A DNA stretch of 64,000 bases. Origin: Clostridia bacterium. GTDB lineage: Bacteria; Bacillota; Clostridia; Christensenellales; JBMNLC01. The number at the start of each line of letters is the position of its first letter. Within the stretch, counting starts at the first letter, position 1. Under the pieces are notes generated by a model. It searched no databases. It had not been told where the DNA came from and saw only the letters and a program-made list of their open reading frames with translations. The position numbers were made by a program, and so were the translations under genes. This document shows positions 18,107 to 27,188 of the stretch, piece by piece. The stretch covers positions 128,831-192,830 of the forward strand of contig JBMNLC010000002.1 of the NCBI GenBank assembly GCA_050952525.1, read 5' to 3'.

Positions 18107-19636
18107 ATGCGCGGAAAGAGGTCTTTTCTGGGAATTGGAATTATTTATGTCATCGGCGAGGTGTTGCTCCAGGGGCTGAATTTCTTTCTATTACCCATCT
18201 ATACAAGGCATCTGTCTTCCACAGAATATGGGCAGGTGACCTGGGTGACGGCCATCTCCGGTTTTGTGGGCTTCTTTTCGGTGCTTTGTATTTTTATGGG
18301 CTATCAACGCTTTTATAAGGAATGCGACAAAGCCTCTATTCAGAAACTGCGGAATACGGCCTTTACTTTTTCTATACTGGTTGGCAGTGGCTTTCTTTTC
18401 GTTACTCTGGTTTCGGGGAAATGGCTGGCTGAGCCTGTTCTGGGTTTTGACGGAGCCTACGAGGTATTTGTCTACATGGTCCTTGGAAATCTCGTTTCCC
18501 AGTTGGGTTCTCTTTTTATAGCGGATTATTACCTGGAATATCAGGCCTTTCCCACAGTGCTGTTGAATGTGGCAAGGCTTATCTTGATGGTATCCCTGAC
18601 GACCTTTTTTGTGATTGTCAGGCAGGAGGGGGTAGCGGGTGTATTTAAAGGTCAATTTGCAAGTCATTTCATTCTATTGGCTTACTTCCTGGCTATGAAC
18701 AGGAAAACCCTCCGATTGGAAATAGAGAAGGAAATGCTATGGAAGATGCTGACTTTCAGTATTGGCTTACTCTTTCTTCAATTGGCGAGTAATATCATGA
18801 CCTTGTCAGACCGTTATTTTCTGATTAAGTTCAGGAGCTTTGAGGAAACGGGCATATATTCTATTGGATATCGGGTTGGCATGCTCATCACTCCCCTTTT
18901 TGCAGGGCCCTTCAAGTCGATTTTTATACCCTATAAGTATGAAATATGGAAGGACGGGGACGCCCAGGAGAAGTTCAATTATATATATCTTCAATATCAC
19001 TTGATAGGAAGTTTTGTAGTTCTTGCCGTCGCGGTATACGCCAGGCTGCTGATATATCTCTCCACAACACAGGAGTATCTATCAGCTTATCGGATTGTGC
19101 CCCTGATCCTGCTCTCCTACTTCATCTATGGGAAATCCGGCTTTTTTAATCTGGGGTTTGAGCTTAAAAACAAGACTTACTATATGTCGGCCGTTATGGC
19201 CGCCGGTGGGGGAATCAACATCCTTCTGAATTTTCTCCTTATCCCCAGGCTGGGCATGACAGGTGCATCCATGGCCGCTCTTTTGTCCTATGCAGCTGTG
19301 AACCAGATTTATCGGAAGGCGGCTATGGCCCTTTATCCTGTGAAATACGATCATAAAAAGACAGCCCGGATATATGGCATACTTTTTTTATTATATGGTG
19401 CTTATTATGTTGTTTCATCGACAAAGCTCCCCATTGGATGGGATTTTCCTCTGGGATTATTGCTGCTGGCAGCCTATATCGGCCTGTCCCTTACCTTAAA
19501 GCTGATACAAAGGGAAGATCTTGCAGCTGCGTATCGATTGATACGAAACAGGGCATCCATTCGCCCTTCCTATGTACCCCCAATCAAGTCGTATAGAACG
19601 ACTGACAGTCTATTGTTAGAAGAAAGGAGTATTGTT
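18107..19636 (+). CDS. Wzx-type oligosaccharide flippase (MOP superfamily); no in-frame stop before the next gene
   Basis: ~14 TM helices and a Polysacc_synt-like N-terminus (GIGIIYVIGEVLLQGLNFFLLPIYTRHLSSTEYG). The reading frame runs straight into the ATG at 19637. Confidence 0.7.
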
Positions 19637-21128
19637 ATGAAGAAGACTCCCATACGCCTTCATATACATCTTGGGACGGATTGGAAGAGGGGAGAGACAT
19701 CATTTTTCAAGGGCAGAATTTCCGTAGCGGGGAAATCCATGGAGGGAAAGGATTTCGCCCAGTACTTTGAACAAGTTCCCATTCAGGAAAAGCTGCATCG
19801 CCTTCAGGAGGTGAATGGTTTCTTTGCCTACATTGAACATGGAGATTGGGGCGTTTTTGCTGCGGTAGATATTGTACAGAGCATACCCATCTTCTATGCT
19901 ATGGGGAACCGGGAGTTCTATCTCAGTGATGATCCCCGCTGGATACAGGACAGGATATACGACTGGGAGTATGATGAAGGAGCAAAAAATGAGCTGCTGC
20001 TGACACGCTATGTGACAGGTCGCGATACCTTGTATCCCCATATTAAGCAGTTGCAGGCAGGAGAAGCCCTGTTCTTGCACAAAAATGAAGCCGGGCAAAA
20101 GGCATTGGAAATCGTTCGGTATTTTCAGTTTTCCCGCCGTGGAGATATTCGCGTGTCTAAAAAAGAGCTGCTGAAAGAACATGATTTGCTTTTGAGAAAT
20201 GCTTTTGGAAGACTGATCGAATGGGCGAATAACCGTCCCATTGTGATTCCGCTCAGCGGCGGTTACGATTCAAGGCTCATCGCCTTAATGTTAAAGGAGT
20301 TGGGTTATGACCAGATTATTACCTTCAGCTATGGGCTTCCAAACAATCCGGAAGCGGCCGTCAGTCGCCAGGTAGCCCAAAACCTGGGCTTAAAGTGGTT
20401 TTTCATCCCGTATGATGAGGTTTCCATGTATCGATGGATCAATTCAAAGGAATGGAAGGCTTTCCGGGAAAAGGCAGACGGTTTGAGGGTCGCCTGTTCT
20501 GACAGGGATTGGCCGGCTGTATGGGAACTGAAAAAGCGGAAGTTGATACCCGACAATGCCATTTTCGTGCCCGGACATAGCGGTGATTTTATTTCTGGCG
20601 GACATATTCCCCGTTCATTATACAAGAAAAGGAAGATAAAGGCAGAGGAGTTGGCCGAATATATCCTGGGGACCCATTATACCATGTGGAACTGGCAGGG
20701 AGAAAGGGAATCCATGGAGCCTCAAAATGCAGCAGCGTATCTTCAGCGCCTTGGGAACAGAAGCCGGGTCTATCATCGAGGATCCATCCAATGCCTATGA
20801 GAGGTGGGTGTGGCAGGAGTTTGAGGCAAAGTATCTGATCAATGGGATCAGGGTATATGAGTATTGGGGCTATGAATGGTGGATGCCCCTCTGGGATAGG
20901 GAATATGCCGAGTTTTGGAAAAGGGTGCCTAGAAAGTGGTGCTATAAAGAACGGCTGTATAAAGAATATGTCATCAATCTATATGCAAAACTGGCGGGTA
21001 TTCCTCTGAAGGAAGCGCGCAGGAGGAATGACACCCCTACAGGAACGGTTCGTTTGCATTCATTGCTATTGGCATCGAAAAATAGGTTAAGCGGTACAGC
21101 CTTGGGTCGCTTGCTTAAACGTGCTTGA
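19637..21128 (+). pseudogene. asparagine-synthetase-like amidotransferase (PP-loop; no N-terminal Cys), frameshifted near 20700-20730
   Basis: SD GAAAGGAG (19622-19629) + ATG 19637. AsnB-like N-domain (NGFFAYIEHGDWGVFAAVDIVQSIPIFYA), PP-loop VIPLSGGYDSRLIA. The frame changes 2->0 around the A4 run at 20724-20727 (ORFs 18107..20800 and 20727..21128). Confidence 0.7.
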
Positions 21129-21388
21129 ATCCTCTCTGGAGGCAGGGTAAAGAACGGAGGCTGCCAAAGGGCGAGACGCTGGAGATGGATTGGGAACAGT
21201 CTGCCGCAAGAATGAAAAAAAGCCTGTATGAGCAGTTGTTGCCGTATATGACTTCACGTTCGTCGGCTGCAACCTTGGAGCAGTTGGGCTACATCTCCTA
21301 TTCGGATGATGAAGTATCGGATAAGCTAATAGAATTTTTAGAGGGTCTGAAGGGGCGGCCTGTTTCTCAAATGGGGAGGAATGGCTAG
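21125..21388 (+). CDS. small ORF of uncertain status: a separate 87-aa protein or a shifted C-terminal tail of the AsnB-like gene
   Basis: Open frame only; no convincing SD and no recognised motif. Confidence 0.2.
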   Translation: MNPLWRQGKERRLPKGETLEMDWEQSAARMKKSLYEQLLPYMTSRSSAATLEQLGYISYSDDEVSDKLIEFLEGLKGRPVSQMGRNG

Positions 21389-22629
21389 TGGTTGGTCGAG
21401 GTAATGGGAGCTGGAAAAGGAAGGCCTCGTATATCCTGATGGGAATGGGGATAGGTATGATGCTCTTCATTTACTGGGATATATTTGTGTTGCCCGGGTC
21501 CATTCAAATGGAAGCCTTTCAATATGACAATGGGATGACAGCATATAAGAGTCGCCAGCTGTTTGCCCAGGAAGTCGAGGGGAAAACCATCTATGCCAAC
21601 AGCTCCTATGCCATCTATAAAAGCGAAGACGGTCAGCACTTCGAACACCAGTTTACCATCCCCTTGGGGCTGATGGGGCTGGATTATTTAAAACAGAGCA
21701 AAACGCTGAAAGCATTGTTCAACAAGGACAGCTATGCAGGAGTGGAGCTGACCGTGTTGGATTCCGGAACCATCCTCATCTTTACCAATGAGAAGTTTGG
21801 AAAGAATCGGGTACTGCGTACAACGGATAACGGAAAAAACCTGGAAGTGGTGCATCACTTTCGCTACCTACCTTCAGGGGAATGCCCTTTTATCCTGAGA
21901 AGAGGCATCACAGAGGACGGGGAAGGAAATGTGTATTTCGCTGAATATGCCTTTAATGGGGGCGATGTCACCAGCTTTGATCCCAAAAAGGATAAAAGGG
22001 ATGCCATGCGGGTGTATTGCAGCAGGGATGACGGGAAGACATGGGAAGTATTCTACACCTTTGAGAACATCAGGCATATCCATGCTCTTCAGTATGATCC
22101 GTATTCAGGAAAAATATGGGTAGCAACCGGTGATATCGACAGCGAGTCTATGGTGGGATTCTTTGATCCGGAAGATGGGAGTCTGGAGTTGGTTGGCCAG
22201 GGGAGCCAGCACTTCCGGGTCGTCAGCTTTATCTTTACGGAGGAATATATCCTTTGGGGTACGGATGCTCCCTATAACCAGAACTACATCTTCAGCTATC
22301 ATAGGGAAACAGGTGAAATTGAACCCTTGAAAGTGGTTGACGGACCCATCTACTATTCCATTCAGACCCAGGACGGTAGGTGGTTTCTGGGAAGGACTGT
22401 CGAAGGAGGGGCGGAGGGGGAATGGGACAGCAACATCAGCATTTGGATGTCAGAAGACGGTGGCAGTCGCTGGGAGAAATTCCTTTCCTTTGAGAGAAAG
22501 GATCCTTCCCGATTTGGGTATGTCTATTTTCCGAGGACGGAGCGAAGCCCGTACCTCATCGGAAATTTTCAAAACTCCAGCCGATTTGACAACCACATGC
22601 TTCTGTTTCCGGAACGGAATATGGAATGA
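21388..22629 (+). CDS. membrane-anchored BNR/Asp-box beta-propeller protein (sialidase-like fold)
   Basis: N-terminal TM (ILMGMGIGMMLFIYWDIFVL). Asp-box repeats TTDNGKNLE, SRDDGKTWE, SEDGGSRWE. Confidence 0.6.
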   Translation: MVGRGNGSWKRKASYILMGMGIGMMLFIYWDIFVLPGSIQMEAFQYDNGMTAYKSRQLFAQEVEGKTIYANSSYAIYKSEDGQHFEHQFTIPLGLMGLDYLKQSKTLKALFNKDSYAGVELTVLDSGTILIFTNEKFGKNRVLRTTDNGKNLEVVHHFRYLPSGECPFILRRGITEDGEGNVYFAEYAFNGGDVTSFDPKKDKRDAMRVYCSRDDGKTWEVFYTFENIRHIHALQYDPYSGKIWVATGDIDSESMVGFFDPEDGSLELVGQGSQHFRVVSFIFTEEYILWGTDAPYNQNYIFSYHRETGEIEPLKVVDGPIYYSIQTQDGRWFLGRTVEGGAEGEWDSNISIWMSEDGGSRWEKFLSFERKDPSRFGYVYFPRTERSPYLIGNFQNSSRFDNHMLLFPERNME

Positions 22630-22677
22630 GCCTTCTTACCCATAGAGGGAAGAAAAAATGATGGAGAGTCGGAGAAA

Positions 22678-23775
22678 ATGAAGAAAAGAGTGCTGGTATT
22701 CACGAATGAAATAGCCCCCTATCGTATTCCCTTCTTTAACCGATTACACCAAGAAAGGGCCTATGAATTTCTCTTCGTTTTTAACCACATAAAATCCTGG
22801 AGAAGGCATTGGAGGATCGACTTAGGGGAAATAGGGTTCCGATACCATGTTTTGGGCAGTCCCCGTCCCCATAGAGAATCCCTATCCTTCAATGGAATAC
22901 AGGTATTAAAAATTTATAGGGATTTTAACCCCCATATCGTGATCATCGGGGGTTTCTATCTGAATAACCTGTTGGCGCTGGGTATGGCCAGGATCCTTGG
23001 GAAGAAAATCGTGTTCTGGGGGGAATTCTCGGAGTATGCTTTCAGGAGCCTTCCCCGATGGAAACAGCTGTATCAAAGGCTGCTTTTCAAGCATATGTGC
23101 CACTATACCATATCATCAGGTACCATGGGAAAGGAATTCTGTGATGGGCTTCTCGATCCTCGAAGGAATTTCATATCCCTGATCACCATCGATTATCTAG
23201 AGGGGCTGGAGGTAAAGGAGGTCCATGATCCCATCAGAATGCTTTATATCGGCACATTCAGCCAAAGGAAGGGTATCGATTTGCTTCTTTGGACATTCAA
23301 AAAGCTGCAGCAAGGGATTCCCTCACTCCAGCTCACTTTAATTGGTGATGGGGATTGGAATCCTTATCAAGCCGTCGTAGAAGAACTTCACATTCAGCAT
23401 GTACGATTTCTGCCTTTTATGCGGAAGGATGAGCTTAGCCGTTACTACGAAGATCATGATGTGTTTCTGTTTTTCTCCCGGATGGATCCCTGGGGGTTGG
23501 TCATCAATGAAGCCATGAATTACGGGCTGGCCATTGTTTGCTCCAAATATGCCGGAGCATCCCGGGACTTGGTAGAAAAGCGGAATGGGCTGGTCATTGA
23601 CCCCTATGACATTTCAGAAAGTGCAGCTGAAATTGCCGCCATGATAAAGGATCGGGCTGCACTGCTAGAGATGAAGAAAGCATCCCGGACGGTTTTGAAG
23701 GAAAAGGACAATAAACGGGCGGTGGTCCAGTTCATCAATGCCCTGGATCATATCACTTCATCAGATGATGTGTGA
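22678..23775 (+). CDS. glycosyltransferase family 4 (GT-B)
   Basis: LYIGTFSQRKGIDLL and FLFFSRMDPWGLVINEAMNYGLAIVCS..GASRDLV (E-x7-E region). Confidence 0.75.
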   Translation: MKKRVLVFTNEIAPYRIPFFNRLHQERAYEFLFVFNHIKSWRRHWRIDLGEIGFRYHVLGSPRPHRESLSFNGIQVLKIYRDFNPHIVIIGGFYLNNLLALGMARILGKKIVFWGEFSEYAFRSLPRWKQLYQRLLFKHMCHYTISSGTMGKEFCDGLLDPRRNFISLITIDYLEGLEVKEVHDPIRMLYIGTFSQRKGIDLLLWTFKKLQQGIPSLQLTLIGDGDWNPYQAVVEELHIQHVRFLPFMRKDELSRYYEDHDVFLFFSRMDPWGLVINEAMNYGLAIVCSKYAGASRDLVEKRNGLVIDPYDISESAAEIAAMIKDRAALLEMKKASRTVLKEKDNKRAVVQFINALDHITSSDDV

Positions 23776-23836
23776 TTGTATGGCTGGCTGTCGGTCCCTG
23801 GACTTGTGAATGGAAGATTGCGGGGAGGTGAATCCG

Positions 23837-24973
23837 ATGAAAAAGAAAATATTACTGATCGGTCCCACCCCTCCTCCCTATGCAGGGGTGGAAATCATGA
23901 CGGCATGCATTGCTGGATCCCCCTTATTAAGGGAAAGGTATCATTTTTCCTTTTATAATACCCGAAAGCCCATTAGGAATGAAGAAAAGGGCAGATTTGC
24001 CATGAAAAATATTTTTTTTAATCTGTCATTGCTTCTGGGCTTGCTCATTCGGATGGTGAAATTCCGGCCATACCTGATTCACATGCCTTTAGCCCAGAAT
24101 AAACTGGGTTTTTTCAGGGATTCCCTCTATGTGATGCTTGCCAAGGCTATAAAGGCCAAAGTGGTGCTGCATTTCCACGGGGGCAACTTTACGGATTTTT
24201 ATCGAGGGGAACCGGCGATTTATCGCAGGTATATCAAGGGGGTGCTCTCCCTTTCATCCCTGATCATCGTTCTGGGGGAAACGTTGAAGGGGCAGTTTCA
24301 AGGGATTATCCCTGAAAAGGTCCGTATCAGATCTCTGTACAATTGTGTGGAAATGGACGGATGGGACAGGATACCCAGGGGCGGGAGGGAAAGCGTTCAG
24401 ATACTGTTTGTTGGAAAGATTTCGGCAGCAAAGGGGGCCTTGGATCTGTTGCTGGCTGCAGAAAGGCTGCTGAAGATAAGGACGGATATACAGTTCCATT
24501 TTGTAGGAGATGTGGTAGACCGTACCCACAATGTGACGAACGTCCAGGGAGCAGGCAGAAGGATTACGGATACCATCGAAAGGATAAGCCGAGACCCCAT
24601 GCTGGCCGGCCGGGTGCATTTTCTGGGCACCCTTGTCGGAGAGAAGAAAATGCAGGAATACCGGGAGGCGGATATATTTGCTTTTCCTTCTCTGGCAGAG
24701 GGGCTTCCCCTGGTGATTCTGGAAGCCATGGCGGCAGGATTGCCCATTATCACAACTAGGGTGGGATCTCTCCCTGAATTTCTGGTTGATGGGGAAAACT
24801 GCCTTTATGTCAGACCCAGGGATGTGGATGATATCGTAGAAAAGCTCATGATCCTGGTGGAGAATAAAGGGCTGCGGGAAAAGATGGGAGAGGAAAATCA
24901 TACCAAGGCAAAGCAGCTTTTTCAAAAGGAAGTGTTTGTTAAAAACCTGATAGGGATTTATGAAGAGCTGTGA
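23837..24973 (+). CDS. glycosyltransferase family 4 (GT-B)
   Basis: ILFVGKISAAKGALDLL and FAFPSLAEGLPLVILEAMAAGLPIITTRVGSLPEFL. ATG 23837 is preceded by GGGGAGGTG. Confidence 0.8.
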   Translation: MKKKILLIGPTPPPYAGVEIMTACIAGSPLLRERYHFSFYNTRKPIRNEEKGRFAMKNIFFNLSLLLGLLIRMVKFRPYLIHMPLAQNKLGFFRDSLYVMLAKAIKAKVVLHFHGGNFTDFYRGEPAIYRRYIKGVLSLSSLIIVLGETLKGQFQGIIPEKVRIRSLYNCVEMDGWDRIPRGGRESVQILFVGKISAAKGALDLLLAAERLLKIRTDIQFHFVGDVVDRTHNVTNVQGAGRRITDTIERISRDPMLAGRVHFLGTLVGEKKMQEYREADIFAFPSLAEGLPLVILEAMAAGLPIITTRVGSLPEFLVDGENCLYVRPRDVDDIVEKLMILVENKGLREKMGEENHTKAKQLFQKEVFVKNLIGIYEEL

Positions 24974-24999
24974 ATGGGAAAGGGGGAGGTGCAGTTCGT

Positions 25000-27174
25000 A
25001 TGAAGCAACTGTTACAAAGCTTGAAAACGGGGGAACTGAAAATCGCAGAGGTTCCGATACCTGATCTGCAGCCGAATGGGCTGTTGGTGAGAAATTATTA
25101 TTCCCTCATCAGTGCAGGGACGGAGAAATCCAAGGTGGATACAGCCAAGAAGGGACTGATCGGCAAGGCCATTGAGAAGCCTGAACAGGTAAAGAAAGTC
25201 TTGGATACCCTTCAAAAGGAAGGCATTGTGAACACCTATCAAAAGGTGATGGGCAGGCTGGACAGCCTCGTGCCTTTAGGGTACAGCTCAGCCGGTGAAG
25301 TGATAGGGATTGGGAAGGAGGTCACAGGATTTAAGGTAGGAGATTTTGTGGCATGTGCCGGTGCCGGGTATGCGAACCATGCCGAGGTGGTGTATGTCCC
25401 GAAGAACCTGGTTGCAAAAATTCCCGAAGGGGTGGAAATATCCCATGGGGCGGCTACAACCGTCGGAGCCATTGCCATGCAGGGCATACGCCAGTCCGGT
25501 GTCCACTTTGGAGATAATGTGGCTGTTATTGGCCTGGGACTGATCGGTCTCTTGACGGTTCAGATGTTGAAAGCGGCTGGCTGCAGGGTCCTGGCAGTGG
25601 ATATTGACGACGAAAAGGTCCGGATGGCCAAAGAGATGGGAGCAAATTATGCAGCTTTGGATGGGAGAGACGATGTGGAGTCTTCAGCCTTGGAGTGCAG
25701 CCATGGTTATGGCATGGATGCGGTGATCATTACGGCCGGCACTAGCAGCAATCGACCTGTTGAGCTGGCTGGCCAGATTTGCCGTAAGAAGGGCAAGGTT
25801 GTCGTGGTGGGCGCTGTGAGGATGGATATCCCCAGAAGCCCCTATTACGAAAAAGAGATTGATGTATGCATGTCTTGTTCCTATGGACCCGGAAGATATG
25901 ACGTCAACTATGAGGAAAAGGGAATGGATTATCCGATCGGCTATGTCCGGTGGACAGAACAGCGAAATATGGAGCATTTTTTGAGGATGCTGCAGGATGG
26001 ATCGGTGAAGCTGGATAGGATGATTACCCATACCTTTGATTTTATGGATGCGGAGAAGGCTTACGATGTTGTGTTGGGCAAGACCGGAGAAACGTTCATT
26101 GGGATTCTCTTTCGATATGATCCGAAGGCTCCTCTGAACACCAAGATTCATTTGACAAAGGGGAAGCCAGCCCATTCGGAGAAAGTCAATCTGGGCATGA
26201 TAGGGGCCGGCAATTTTGCCAGGGGGGTCTTGCTTCCTGCCCTGAAGAGTGTGGAAAACGTGGTATTAAACGGACTGGTCACAGCAAGCGGAAGCAGCGC
26301 AAGAAGCACGGCCGAGAAGTTTGGTTTCCAGTATTGCGGATCCAAAGCGGAAGATGTGATAGAAGACCAGGATACCAACTGTGTTCTGATCGCTACCCGG
26401 CATCATATGCATGCTTCTCAGGTCATTAAGGCCCTGGAAAGGGATAAACATGTATTTGTTGAAAAACCTCTGGCCATAAGCCCGGAAGAGCTGACAGCGA
26501 TTATAAAAAAATGGAGGGATTCAAAGGGACATGTGATGGTAGGCTTTAACCGGAGATTTTCACCTGCAGCCAGAGCGATAAAGGCCTTCTTCAAAGGACG
26601 TACAGCACCAATGGTAATTCATTACAGGGTGAATGCCGGAGCCATACCTACAGATCATTGGATACAGGATCCGCAGCAGGGAGGCGGCAGGATCATAGGG
26701 GAAGTATGTCATTTTATTGATCTCATGCAGTATCTGACAGATGCATTGCCCGTCAGGGTGTACGGAGACGAGGTGTTGGATGAAGGGCAAGCCCAAGCTA
26801 TATATGATAATGTCAGCATCCAGATCCGTTTTGGGGATGGCTCCATTGGATCGATCCTTTATTTGGCCAACGGTGATCCTTCCTTTCCGAAGGAATATAT
26901 GGAGGTTTTCTGTGGTCACGGCATTGCAGTGATGGATGATTTCAAGGAGGTCAGGTTGATAGGGAAGGGAAAGAGCAAGCGAATGCGGATGAAGCAGGAT
27001 AAAGGTCATAAAGAGGAGTTAAGGGCTTTCGTAGAAGCCGTCCTAAACGGCAGTGATATGCCCATACCCTTCGAAAGCATGGTGGCGACTACCCTCAGCA
27101 CCTTTAGAATCCTGGACTCCCTTAAGGAAAATCGTCCCCTGGATGTTTCTATCTCTGAACTGTGGGAGGAATAA
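25000..27174 (+). CDS. bi-domain oxidoreductase (MDR/Zn-ADH-like domain + Gfo/Idh/MocA domain)
   Basis: N-half: GYSSAGEVIGIG, GDFVACAG, VAVIGLGLIGLL. C-half: VNLGMIGAGNFA, ATRHHMHA, VFVEKPLA, GFNRRFSP. SD GGGGGAGGTG before ATG 25000. Confidence 0.75.
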   Translation: MKQLLQSLKTGELKIAEVPIPDLQPNGLLVRNYYSLISAGTEKSKVDTAKKGLIGKAIEKPEQVKKVLDTLQKEGIVNTYQKVMGRLDSLVPLGYSSAGEVIGIGKEVTGFKVGDFVACAGAGYANHAEVVYVPKNLVAKIPEGVEISHGAATTVGAIAMQGIRQSGVHFGDNVAVIGLGLIGLLTVQMLKAAGCRVLAVDIDDEKVRMAKEMGANYAALDGRDDVESSALECSHGYGMDAVIITAGTSSNRPVELAGQICRKKGKVVVVGAVRMDIPRSPYYEKEIDVCMSCSYGPGRYDVNYEEKGMDYPIGYVRWTEQRNMEHFLRMLQDGSVKLDRMITHTFDFMDAEKAYDVVLGKTGETFIGILFRYDPKAPLNTKIHLTKGKPAHSEKVNLGMIGAGNFARGVLLPALKSVENVVLNGLVTASGSSARSTAEKFGFQYCGSKAEDVIEDQDTNCVLIATRHHMHASQVIKALERDKHVFVEKPLAISPEELTAIIKKWRDSKGHVMVGFNRRFSPAARAIKAFFKGRTAPMVIHYRVNAGAIPTDHWIQDPQQGGGRIIGEVCHFIDLMQYLTDALPVRVYGDEVLDEGQAQAIYDNVSIQIRFGDGSIGSILYLANGDPSFPKEYMEVFCGHGIAVMDDFKEVRLIGKGKSKRMRMKQDKGHKEELRAFVEAVLNGSDMPIPFESMVATTLSTFRILDSLKENRPLDVSISELWEE

Positions 27175-27188
27175 GGGGGGATCCGCGG

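Noticed and set aside
21125-21388. An independent 87-aa gene, possibly carrier-protein-like.
   Set aside because: It has no SD and no phosphopantetheine (DSL) motif. It may be a frame-shifted tail of the AsnB-like gene, so it is listed only at very low confidence.
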